A DNA stretch of 64,000 bases from the human T2T-CHM13v2.0 reference genome, Homo sapiens. The stretch is from the NCBI RefSeq assembly GCF_009914755.1, contig NC_060937.1; one strand, 5' to 3'. Below the pieces are notes generated by a model. That model was not told the DNA's origin. It did not search any database and worked only from the letters and a program-made list of their open reading frames with translations. Positions within the stretch are counted from its first letter, which is position 1, and every line of letters begins with the position of its first letter. The translations under genes and the position numbers were made by a program. This document shows positions 12,921-31,550 of the stretch, piece after piece.

Positions 12921-13525
12921 CTTACTATATAGTAACAAAAACAGACTAAAAGTGGCAAGATGCATCAAAACAATTTTATGCAAATCGTAATGAAATGAAG
13001 ACAACGTCACGAGCACATTATGCAAAATACTTTTTAAATAACTGTCTTAGTTTATAAAATAAATTATAAGTTAAAACTGTCAAAGAAAACAAAGGACAAA
13101 ATAATAAAAAAGTTTATTCACTGGAAACCTAGGAAAATTATATACATTTATATAATATACGTTTATATAATTGTGTGTATTTATCTAATTATGTATACAG
13201 ACACACATATATATGAACCTCACATGAAGATTTTAAAATAAATCAATAATATTTTGTCAGAACATAAACAAAAAACTGCAATATACTGAGAACAATATTT
13301 TAATACACCAGTTCTGTAATTAATAATAAAGCCAGAGAGAATGTTAAGAAGAAAACAGAGGACATGAAAATACTGTAAAACAGTTAGATGTAACAGATGC
13401 ATAGAGATCACTCTACACAACAACAAAACTCACAGTCTTGTCAAAAGCTCATAAAACATTGTCCTAAAAATAAATATAAGGAAAAAAATTTTTTAACAGA
13501 ATTGAAAAAAATTGAATGTTACAGA

Positions 13526-16478
13526 AAACACTTCAAAAAATCAATCAACCCAGGAGCCGGTTTTTTGAAAAGATTAACAAAATAGACCACTAGTAAGACA
13601 AATAAAGGAGAAAAGAGAGAAGAATCAAAGAGACGCAATAAAAAACGACAAAGGGGATATCACCACGAAACCCACAGAAATACAAACTACCATCAGAGAA
13701 TACTATAAACACCTCTACGGAAATAAAGTGGAAAACCTAGAAGAAATTGATAAGTTCCTGGAAACATCCACACCTCCAAGACTAAACGAGGAAGAAGTTG
13801 AATCTCTGAGTAGACCAATAGCAGGTTCCGAAATTGAGGCAATAATTAATAGCTTATGAACCAAAAAAAGTCCATGACCAGACGAATTCACAACTGAATT
13901 CTACCAGAGGTACAAAGAGGAGCTGCTACCATCCCTTCTGAAACTATTCGAATCAAGAGAAAAAGAGGGAATCTTCCTTAACTCATTTTATGAGGTCAGC
14001 ATCATCCTGATACCAAAGCCTGGCAGAAGCACAACAAAAAAACAATATCCCTGATGAACATCAATGCAAACATCCTCAATAAAATGCTGACAAACCAAAT
14101 CCAGCAGCACATCCAAAAGCTTACCCACCACGATCAATTCAGCTTCATCCCTGGGATACAAGCCTGGTTCAACATATGCAAATCAATAAACATAATTCAT
14201 CACATAAACAGAACCAATGACAAAAATCTCATGACTATCTCAATAGATGCAGAAAAGGCCTTCAACAAAACTCAACAGCCTTTCATGATAAAAACTCTAA
14301 ATAAACTAGGTATTGATGGAACACATCTGAAAATAATAAGAGCTATTTATGACAAACCCACAGCCAATATCATGCAGAATGGGCAAAACCTGGAAGCATT
14401 CCCTTTGAAAACCAGCACAAGACAACGATGCCCTCTCTCACCACTCCCACTCAACATAGTATTGGAAGTTCTGGCCAGGGCCATCAGGCAAGAGAAAGAA
14501 ATAAAGGACATTCGATTAGGAAAAAGAGGAAGCCAAATTGTCTCTGTTTGCAGATGACATGATTGTATATTTAGAAAACCCCATTGTCTCAGCCCAAAAT
14601 CTCCTTAAATCTGATAAGCAACTTCAGCAAAGTCTCAGGATACAAAATAATGTGCAAAAATCACAAGTATTTCCATACACCAATAACAGACGAACAGAGA
14701 GCCAAATTATGAGTGAACTCCCACTCAACAATTGCTACAAAGAGAATAAAATACCTAGGAATCCAACTTACAAGGGATGTGAAGGACATTTTCAAGGAGA
14801 ACTACAAACCACTGCTCCATGAAATAAAAGCGGACACAAACAAATGGAAGAACATTCCATGCTCCTGGAAAGGAAGAATCAATATCATGAAAATGACCAT
14901 GCTGCCCAAGATAACTTATACATTCAATGCTATCCCCATCAAGCTACCACTGACTTTCTTCACAGAATTGGAAAAAACTACTTTGAAGTTCACATGGAAC
15001 CAAAAAACAGCCTGCATAGGCAAGAAAATCCTACACAAAAAGAGAAAAGCTGCAGGTATCACACTACCTGACTTCAATCTATACTACAGGTCTACAGTAA
15101 CAAAAACAGCATGGTACTGGTACCAAAACAGATATATAGAGCAATGGAAAAAAACAGAGGCCTCAGAAATACCATCACACATCTACAACCATTGGATCTT
15201 CGACAAATGTGACAAAAACAAACAATGGGGAAAGGATTCCTTATTTAATAAATGTTGCTGGGAAAAATGGCGAGCCATATGCAGAAAACTGAAACTGGAT
15301 TTCTTCCTTACACCCTATACATAAATTGACTCAAGATGGATTAAAGACTTAAATGTAAGACCCAAAACCATAAAAACCTAAGAGAAAACCTGGGCAATAC
15401 CATTCAGGACATAGGCATGGGCAAAGACTTCATGACTAAAACACCAAAAACAATGGCAACAAAAGCCAAAATAGACAAATGAAATCTAATTAAACTTAAA
15501 AGCTTCTACACAGCAAACGAAACTATCATTAGAGTGAACAGGCAACCTACAGAATGAGAGAAAATTTTTGCAATCTACCCATCTGACAAAGGACTCACAT
15601 CCAGAATCTACAAAGAATTTAAACAAATTTACAAGAAAAAAACGAGCAATCCCATCAAAAAGTGGGCAAAAAATATGAACAGACACTTCTCAAAAGAAGA
15701 CATTTATGTAACCAACAGACATGAAAAATTGCTCATCATCACTGGTCATCAGAGAAATGCAAATGAAAACCACAATGAGATACCATCTTACGCTAGTTAG
15801 AATGGGGATCATTAAAATGTCAGGAAACAACAGATGCTGGAGAGGACGTGGAAAAACAAAAACGCTTTTACACTGTGGGTTGGAGTGTAAATTAGTTCAA
15901 ACACTGTGGAAGACAGTGTGGTAATTCCTCAAGTATCTACAACCAGAAATACCATTTGACCCAGCAATCCCATTACTGGGTATATATCCAAAGGATTATG
16001 AATCATGCTACTATAAAAACACATGCACACATATGTTTATTGTGGCACTGTTTAGAATAGCAAAGTCTTGGAACCAACCCAAATGTCCATCAATGATAGA
16101 CTGGATTAAGAAATTGTGACACATATACCCCATGGAATACTACGCAGCCTTAAAAAAGGATGAGTTCATGTCATTTGCAGGGACATGGATGAAGCTGGAA
16201 ACCATCATTCTCAGCAAACTATCACAAGGACAGAAAAACAAACACTGCATGTTTTCACTCATAGGTAGGAGTTAAACAATGAGAACATGTGGACACAGGA
16301 CAGGGAACATCAAACGCTAGTGCCTGTTTGGGGGTGGGGGGCTATGAAAGGGATAGCATTAGGAGAACGCTTAATGTAAATGTTGAGTTGATGGGTGCAG
16401 CAAACCAACATAACACATGTATACCTGTATAACAAACCTGTACGTTCTGCACATGTATCCTAGAACTTAAAGTATAAT
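13526..16478 (+). mobile_element. 5'-truncated primate L1 (roughly L1PA5-7), disrupted ORF2 plus 3' UTR, inserted into an older L1M
   Basis: ORF2 RT peptides ([31 protein letters not shown]); 3' end CCTAGAACTTAAAGTATAATAA; TSD AAAAATTGAATGTTACAGA / AAAAATTGAAGGCTACAGA. Older L1 sequence continues on both sides. Confidence 0.93.
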
Positions 16479-16870
16479 AAAAATTGAAGGCTACAGACTA
16501 TAATTTCTGACCAAAATGGATTAAAACTAGAAATCAATAACCGAAGAAAATTCATAAAATTCACAAATACATGATAATTAAACAATTTATTCTTCAACAT
16601 GTTTTTGTTCAAGAGTTAAAAATTTAATATTTTGAACGTGTCTATAATGCCCAAAGTGAGCTGCAGATTTAATACAATCCCTATGAAATTCTTAATATTA
16701 TTTTTGACAGAAACAGAGAATGTGACTCCCCAAAGTATACGGAATTTCAGGGGACCACATAAAAAAAGTTGGAAGCATTACAATTCCTGATTTCAAGACA
16801 TGTTAGAAATCTACAGTAATCAAAATCTTATGTTACTGGCATAAAGACAGACAATTAGACTAATAAAAAA

Positions 16871-17768
16871 ATCTTTGCCACTGCTGCAGACAGTGCCTGC
16901 ATCATCCTGCAGACTGACAATGATCATTTTGCTGCTGATGACTTTAAAGTGTGAGACAGACCTGGCCATGTGCCAGTTTGTGGAGTGCGACATTACTGAT
17001 AACACCAGTGTCAGTCAGCCTCTGCTGGAGACAGAGATGGAGGCCCTCAAGGAAGAGCTGCTCTTCATGAAGAATCATGAGGAGGAAGTTAAAGGTCTAT
17101 AATACCTGATTTCCAGCTCTTGGTTGACCATGGAGGTAGATGTCCCCAAGTCTCAGGACCTTGGCAAGATCATGACAGGCATCTGGGCCCAATAGGACGA
17201 GATGGCTGAGAACAGCTGAGAGGAGCTGGACAAGTACTGGTCCCAGCAGACTGAGGAGAGCACCAGAGTAGTCACCATGCAGTCCGCTGAGATCGGAGCT
17301 GCTGAGAGGATGCTCAGGGGGTTGAGATATACAGTCCAGTCCTTGGATATCGAACTGGACTCAATGAGATATCTGAAAGTCAGCTTGGAGAACAGCCTAA
17401 GGGAGGTAGACGCAGATGGAGCAGCTCAACAGGATCCTGCTGCACCTGGAGTCAGAGCTATCCCAAAACCGGGAAGAGAGGTACCACGCCCAAGAGCACG
17501 AGGACCTGTGGAACATCAAGGTCGAGCTGGAGGCTGAGATTGCCACTTACTGCCGCCTGCTAGAAGACGGGGAGGATTTCAATCTCCTGGATGCTCTGGA
17601 CAGCAGTAAATACCTGCAAGCTATCCAAAAGAACAGCCCCCGCAGGATAGTGGACGGGAAAGTGGTGTCTGAGACCAACAATACAGACGTTTTGTTGTGC
17701 TAAGCCATCAGAAGCAAGGTCCCTTTGGGGAGCAGGAGGCCAGTAAAAAGTTCAGAGGTAAAAAAAAA
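16871..17768 (+). pseudogene. KRT18P: Keratin 18 processed pseudogene (5'-truncated)
   Basis: Intronless. LETEMEALKEELLFMKNHEEEVKGL, LEAEIATYCRLLEDGEDFNLLDALDSS and RRIVDGKVVSETN match KRT18. KRT18-like 3' UTR and poly(A) at 17760. Multiple stops and deletions. Confidence 0.95.
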
Positions 17769-18276
17769 TTAACTTCAAATCACAGAAGTGTTTCCTTCAA
17801 CACAAAAGTAATATAGATTCATTAATATATAGAAGTGGAAATTAAGACAATTTCCACAACTACTCACCCAGAGAGGATTAAAAAAATAATTGACCACCAA
17901 CTAATAAAACAAATACACAAGTCATAAATAAAGTATGAGTAATGTTTATACAGGCAAATGAACAGAGAATTATGTTGGCAATAGACGTGTGTTTGATTCA
18001 TATTTGACTGATTCATATTCAACTGTACACAGTTGAATATAGTCATACAAAATTATAATATATAGGCAGAATCTAAAAACACAATTAAATAATGTAAGGC
18101 AGCCTATCCTAACAAGGAAATACAAGAATATATAATATTAGAAAATAAAATTAAATAAACATTAGCCTGTGAAATACCGAATAAACAAAGCATGCAACGG
18201 AAGAAGACTCTTTCTAGATAACTAGCATGTTCAACCATAACTGGGCTCCCATAAAGAGCAGATTTTGAATTCTTAG

Positions 18277-18881
<605 letters not shown>

Positions 18882-20128
18882 TATAATTTATTATTTTTAA
18901 AAGAAAGAAAAGCCTTACATTTTTACATATGGGAACAACATGAATATTGTAAAATATGCTGTGGAAAACTACAATATAATAAGCAATTAGAAATAAATTA
19001 TACTATCATTCAGATAAATGTTGAGGAAAGTAAATGGAAACACTAATGATAAGTTTTTCTATGCAGTGAACTTAGACACAAACTAAAACTTTTCTTAATG
19101 TGATGTGCATACTATCCAATTCACTTTTTCTATAACACATAAATTCAAGTATGTTTTCTGAAACCCCTGAAGCTAAAGTTATAGGCTAATTTGGCATACG
19201 TAAAAACAGGACAGGGAAAACGTACAGATCACAGTCCCACTAACCTTTATATAAGATTAATTAATAAAATAACTCATTAAGAAATAATGTAACAGTTAAG
19301 AATTTGTTCTATTCCTGGCATGTTTCTAAGTTTTTCTATGGATTAAGGTCCTTAAAAATTCTTTGAGATGAGTAGATACAATAAACTATTCCACAGGTGA
19401 CATGTTTGGCATAGAGAGTTCACATTTCTAAGTTAGTTTCTACTAAGGGAAAGAAAACTTTTTGACCTACATTACCAGAGATGAAAAAAAGAATAAAGTG
19501 AAATAGAAGATTCAACTTTATCATATGTGCTGAGGTGCTTTGGGCTCTGATAAATTTTTTTTCTGATTTTTTTGCAGGAACACATTTGAAATAATAGGAC
19601 TGAAAATTGTGAGGAAGAAACATTTGTCCTTGGTGTTTCTGAAATATGTGAACCAAACCCCAATGCCTGCACTTTTGCTCTCACAAACTTCTGACATGCG
19701 GCACAGATTTTTACAAAACAGCTTAACATAGAAGTCTCACAAAATGTGCAGATTTCCTCAGATCCCAAAAACAATGGAAAAGCACTCAGACCACAAGAGC
19801 TTCATGGGAATAGCAGAAAGAAGAGGCGAACTTTGGCTGTCACTGTGAATGCCCTGGAATGTTAGTGGATGAACAGAGAAGCCTTAGAAGATTTAAGAGC
19901 ATAATAAGCATAGGGTAGGAAATTTCCACCTGTGGCAGCAAAAGAAGTAAATTTAGAATTTTCCAGAACCAATTTCTTTGAAGCAGAACTTCCAACACCA
20001 CATTTTTAAGGTTTTCTCCTTGGCCTTTGCACCTCTCATCTTTGTTATTTGTTCATTCTTCCCTATTGGGGTGTTGCCTATTATTCTCTCTCTTTTTACA
20101 TTCCAAAGACATTTCCTTTACTGTAGGA

Positions 20129-20324
20129 CAGGGGCATCCACGGGAGACTACAGCCATGAGTTCTTAGTTTCTGTTTCTGGTTGAGCCAGTAAGGTCCTTT
20201 CCTCATCCTCCTTTTCCACTTATCACTAGACACAGAACCCAAAAACCATTGCTGCAGGCTGCTAAAAACCTAAAACAAAACAGAGCCATAACAAAAACAA
20301 AACAAGGCGGGTTGGAAAAGCTTG
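20129..20324 (-). mobile_element. hAT-Charlie MITE (MER107-like)
   Basis: Ends CAGGGGCATCC...GCGGGTTGGAAAAGCTTG; 8-bp TSD CTGTAGGA/CTGTACGA typical of hAT elements. Confidence 0.75.
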
Positions 20325-21025
20325 CTGTACGAGGCAACCAGGTCTGGCTTATATTCACCACATCCCTTCTTCTTTCCCAGAACAGCAACTGGGCTCAAGA
20401 GAAAACGTCCAACTTTTAGTATATCCCTCAGTGTAGAATGAGAACAGTGGAACATATATTCAAAGGTTTGGCTTTGTGGGCTACCGCTGATGACTAGATT
20501 CTGTCTCCCCAAACAGGGAATGCTAAAGGAAATGGCAGAGTAGTGAGAATGATAACTTATGACTGCTGAGAAGAGAAGTTACATGCTTACCACAGCCTCA
20601 GAGAAACAAACACTACAATCAACTGCGGAAGCAAAGGACTACAGTGTCTGGAAAACAATGGGAAAAAATATCTTTACCTTAAAAATACACACACAAGCCC
20701 AGAGAAGACACATTGAAGACACTGTTAATGAAGTACCAGGATGTACAGCCTCACTGATTGTTGTATTATCTTGTAGTAAGCAAGTTTGTACATACTACAT
20801 TACACAGTTGTTTTATAAATTTCTGAATCTCATCAAAAGATTGCAGGGCATACAGAAAAGGACGAAAACATGTCCCAATTGAAGAAATAAAATAAACCTA
20901 CAAATATTGACCTTTAAAAATCTTTGTTGACTTTTAAAGGTCAAAATTTGTAGGTTTATTCTTTGTTGTTGTTTTTGCATTATATAATTTTAAAAATCAA
21001 AATAATTATCAAAGCTCCTTGATGA

Positions 21026-23950
<2,925 letters not shown>

Positions 23951-25210
23951 AAAACTGCTTAATGAACAAAAACAGAACATAGACAACAAAAGAATATTAG
24001 AAGAAGTGACACATAAAGAAAATGAGATATCAATAAAAAGATTTTTAAAAACCAACAATTGTGAATCTGAAGAACATAATAGCTATATTAAAAATTTAAT
24101 CAACAGTCACAAAAGCAGACTAATAAAGGAGAAAAAATTACACAATTGATGACATTGTAGTTATAAATATTGAGTGATGAAAACAAATTTTTTAAGCAGA
24201 ATGGAGGAAAAAGTATGGGACGTACTGCACATCGTCAAGTGGACCATTATATTTCTGAAAGGAGTCTTACAAAAACAATATAGGAGAAAAGTAATAAAGA
24301 GATTATTTTTAAAAAGTAGCTGAGAAATCCCCACATGACAAGATAATTAAACAAGAAGAAATACTTCCAAACAAAAACCTTCAACTGGAGTAATATCACT
24401 TCAGAAATAAAAAAACTAAACCTTTCCAAAATAAATAAAAGTTGATTGTGTTACTAACCACTAGAAGAGTCCTAAAGGAAGTGTAAAAGAGTCTATCACG
24501 TCCAAAAATGAAATGATGCTGCAGAGCATCATAACAGCACATGAAAATAGAAAGCTCTCTATTAAAGGTAAATATATAAACAGGTAAAGAAATCTCTACT
24601 GTCATAATCATGGTGCACAAAACTTTCAAAATATTGCCATGGAGTTTAAAACATGAAGCAGAAATCTGCATAAATTTGTGATCATAGACCATAAGGAAAG
24701 ATAATATGTGATATTAATAAAACAGTGGGAGTGTGAAGAGGTACAACTTTGCATTCAGTTGAAATATGGTTGTTCTATACTGTCATAACTTTAAGATGAT
24801 TTATGAAGTCTTTATTTCTCAGGATGATTACCAAAAAAACCTGTAGAATGTATGCAAAGGCAAATGAGAAAGAAATTCAATCACGTCACTACAAAATCAA
24901 CAAACAGAAATAAAGCAGTAAGAGAAAAAATGATAAATAACACATCTACAAGAAACACAGAAGACAATTACAAATAATAAAGTAACTTCATTAAATGCAG
25001 TAATGACTTCAAATATAAAAAGTTAAATACCTTAAAGAAAATTAATAAATAATTTAATGGATTAAGAACAAAGAAGATCCAGCAATGTGCTCTCTACAAG
25101 AGTCATTCCAGCTCTAAGGACTCAAATAAGTTGAAAGTAACAGTATAAAGAAAATATATTTTATGCAAAGAGTAGCTAAAATTGGAGGGCCATGGTCATA
25201 ATTATACTAA

Positions 25211-25563
<353 letters not shown>

Positions 25564-25734
25564 GAGAGAGATTGGTATTATGTAATGGTGAGATGGATTA
25601 ACTTTCCAGGAATCTATAACAATAATTTATAAATCATATATATATAATTTGAAAAATCTGCAAAAATATACCATTGAGATTTTGACAAAAATTACATTAA
25701 ATTTTTGTATTACTATAAATAGCACTGACATCTT

Positions 25735-25850
25735 TCTTTCTTTTTTTTTTTTTAGAGACAGAGTTTCTTTCTCTCAGGCTGGAGGACAGTGGCACGATCT
25801 CTCGATAGGCTCACTTCAACCTCCTCCTCCCAGGTTCAACTGATTCTCGT
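25735..25850 (-). mobile_element. Alu fragment (right arm)
   Basis: T-run followed by AGAGACAGAGTTTC...CAGGCTGGAGGACAGTGGCACGATCTC. Confidence 0.75.
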
Positions 25851-26247
25851 CTTTCAAATATGTAAAACAAATATTGACAGAAGTCAAGCAAGAAATACAT
25901 AGCAACACAACAATGGTGGACTTCAAGACTCCACTTCAGTAATGACTAGAATAGTCAGAAGTAATATCAGTAAGAAAGCCAAACCTGAACATTATAGACC
26001 CAACCAGCATTTACAGAACTCTCCAATTTAAAGGAGCAAAATCTGCAATATTCTAAATCACACATGGTACATTCTGTTAGGATACATGTCTTATTAAATT
26101 TAAGAAAACCGAAGCCATACAATGTAAATGAAACTAGAATTCAAAAGCAAGAAAATGTGGCAAATATGTAAATAAGAGGAAATTAAGCAAAATCTTTCAT
26201 ATAGTCTTGCTCAAGTGTCAGGTGATTTAATATTGTTAAGATGTCAG

Positions 26248-26543
26248 GGCCGGCATGAGGCTCATGCCTGTAATCCTAGGACTTTGGGAGGCCAAAGTGG
26301 GTGGATCACCTGAGATCAGAAGTTTGAGACTAGCCTAGTGAATATGGCAAAACCCTATCTCTACTAAAAATACAAAAGTTAGCTAGACGTGATGGTGCAC
26401 GACTGCAATCCCAGCTACTCTGGTGGCTGAGACTGGAGAATTGCTTGAACCTGGGAAGCGGAGCCTGCAGTGAGCACATCTCGCACCCCTGCCCTTCAGC
26501 CTGAGTGACTCACTAAAACTCCATCTCCAAAAAAAAAAAAAAA
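26248..26543 (+). mobile_element. Alu (S-type)
   Basis: GGCCGGCATGAGGCTCATGCCTGTAATCC...CTCCATCTCC followed by poly(A). Confidence 0.9.
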
Positions 26544-28479
26544 ATGTTGCCAGTACTACTCATGATGATATAAAAATGTAACGTAATTTTTGTCAAAATC
26601 CCAATGGTATTTTTTTTGCAGAATTTTTGTGTATAATTCTAAACGTTGCTTAGGAAAGGTGACTAGCCAAACACCCTTTAAAAAGAACAAAGAGGTATTA
26701 CATTTTCTGATTCAAAATCATGATACAAAGCTACAAAAATAAAAACAATATGGTATTGCCACAAAAACAGATACATAGATGACGAAACAGAATAGAGATC
26801 CCAGAAATAAACCCTTGCATATGTGATAAAATAATCTTCCATAAGCTTTCCATGACCACACAATAGAAAAATAAGAATCTATTTAACAAAGAATTTTCCA
26901 AATTGAATATTTACAGAGAAAAAAATAAAATTGGATGCTTCCTTTGTATCATATATAAAAAGAAAAGTTTTTTAAATGAATTCAATACTTAAACATAAAA
27001 CCTAATAAAATTCTTAGAAGTAAACATAAGGGAAAAGTTTATGACATAAGTCTTAAAACTCTTTCCTTAAGTTTGACATCAAATTCATAAGCAACAAGGA
27101 AAAGAACAACGACCAAAAAAAGGGATTACATTAAGCTTCAACTATTCTACACATCAAATAAAACATTTAGTGCCATACAAACGTCACCTAATAAGTGGGT
27201 GAAAGCTAGGCATGGTGTCTCATGCCTTTAATTCTACAACTTTAGGAGGCCAAGGCAGAACAATCACTTGAGGCCAAAAGTTTGAGACTAGCCATGAAAA
27301 CATAGCAAGACCCTGTCTTGTATAGGGTTATATATATGCATACATACATACATAAAACAAAAAAGAGTAAAAATATTTTCTAATCACATATTTGGTAGGT
27401 GTTAATTTTCAAAATATATAAATTCCTAAAACTCAACAACAAAAAAAGTTAATAACTTGATTTAGAATGGCACATGTTTGAAATGACTTTCTCCAAAGAA
27501 GACATAGAAATGACTAGGCATTTAAAAGGATACTCGACAACTCTCTTCTAGAAAAATACAAAGAAAAGTCACAATAATCTATCACATCAAACCTATTTTT
27601 AAAATAGTATGAAAGCTCTTCAAAAAATTTAAAATGAGATTATTATACAATCCAGCAAACCCCATTCTGGCTATGTATTTAAAATATACAACACATGATC
27701 CGGAAGAGATATTTGCACACCCAAATTTATTGCAGCATTACTAACACAAGCCAAAAGGCAGAAACAACCCAGCTGTCCCTTGACCAATGAAGAGATTAAT
27801 AACAAGTGGCACATACACAAAGTCGAATATTATTCAGTCTTTAAAAAGTCACATTATATGATTATTCTTGAGAATATCACGTTAACTGAAATAAGCCAGG
27901 AACAAAGTGACAGTCTATGATTCCATTCATAATCAGGTATCTTAAGTAGACAAACTCATAGGAAAAAAATAGTTAGAATGGTGTTTGTCAAGGACTGAAG
28001 AGATGGTAAAATGGGCAATTGTCTTAAAAGACATTTAATGTTAGTTTTGCAAGACATAGAAGTTCTACAGATCTTTTGCATAACTATGTGAATGTACTTA
28101 ACGCTAATGAAATATACACTTAAAAAGAATTAAAATGGTAAATTTTACATTATGTGTTTTTACCACAATCGCAGTTTTTAAAAGGAAAAATATGGACTTA
28201 TAAAGCTTTCCAAAAATTAAATTTTGTTCACAAAAGATTTTCTCTCACACAAAAGAAGTATAGATTTATAATTAAACTCATTGTGAAATTAAGATTATTT
28301 CAATGACTATTCATCCTCACAAGATAAGACAACCACTGAAAATCAGCCAAAAAATATGGAAGATAAGCCAGGAGCAAAGTTGGGGACATATTTATAGAGA
28401 CAAACACATATATAATTTAATTTTGAAAACGTATGACCGATTTATATTTTAATTAAACCCAACATTAGTTTCCTGAGTG

Positions 28480-29420
28480 AAATTTGGTTTTCAGTTTGGG
28501 CAAATGAAGCCCTTTCTGTGGTTAAAAGGATTCTTTCTTCTCCGTTTCTTCGTATGGACCTGTGCTGGGGATTGGTCAGCTGTTCAAGTGCAATGCACTC
28601 AGTTTTGGTTCTGTGCCAGGATTAAACCTACGATATTTCACATTTCATATATAAACCCCGATGAAGTGTTTCTAGGAGATGGCTGCCTCATAACCTATAT
28701 TTTGCCAAATGTTTACTATGAATTTCACCACCATCCTCTTGAAGGTGGTATTGTAACTAAAACTCTTCAGGACATTCTACTTAAAACTAAAATCACGTAT
28801 ATCTCAAGAAACTCCTTTCTGATTTGAAATGCCTCTGTCATGTATTGTCTGCAATCAGCATCCTCTTTCAAAGAAAGTAGAAAAGACACATGAGGAAACT
28901 GATAGTGTTACTGCATGGGAGACAGAGGTGAGGATACACATGGCGGATGAAAACATGGAAGTTATTTCTACAGCACGATCTTGTAAGTGTCTGACTGCTA
29001 TGCTCCCTTGTATATCAAATGATGTACCTTTATTGCAAGAGAAGATAGTGCGCTGTTTACCTTGACATTGAGAGGCAATTTTGAATCTCTGTCGTGATTG
29101 CTTAGGACTGAGGATTTAATGTGCTATTTTGTGGAAATCTTAGAAGCAGTAATGGGATTTAATGATCTTAACTATCATCCATCTGAAAAATCTAACGCGA
29201 TTTTAAATAAAATGGCCGGCTGCTTCCACCGTTCCCTTTTTAAACCAGGAGCTGCCGTTGCTTTTAACATTATGAAGTTGAATCTATGAATAGTTTTTAC
29301 TATTAACATATTTTTAAAAATCCACATTGACTTGAAGTGTACAGGCAGAGTTGAAAATCATAACATCCAAAGTTATAATACATAAGTAAAACCCAAAATA
29401 AAATCAACTGCTGCCCTGGA
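28480..29420 (+). pseudogene. OOSP1P: Oocyte-secreted protein 1 (OOSP1; PLAC1-family ZP-N domain) processed pseudogene
   Basis: ATG at 28504: signal peptide MKPFLWLKGFFLLRFFVWTCAG, then DWSAVQVQCTQFWFCARIKPTIF..NPDEVFLGDGC..LPNVYYEF..LLKTKITYISR. After a frameshift near 28815, EMPLSCIV continues to a stop at 29065. Intronless; AATAAA near 29397. Confidence 0.85.
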
Positions 29421-29509
29421 ACCTATTATAAATAATCGAGACAGTAATATGGAATTGTAAAGAAAAATAAGAAACATATTTACTCATAAAATCTTGCAAG
29501 CAAAGCTTT

Positions 29510-31550
<2,041 letters not shown>

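Noticed and set aside
14054-15324. 167-aa and 203-aa ORFs as functional genes or an active L1
   Set aside because: Fragments of a 5'-truncated, frameshifted L1 ORF2.
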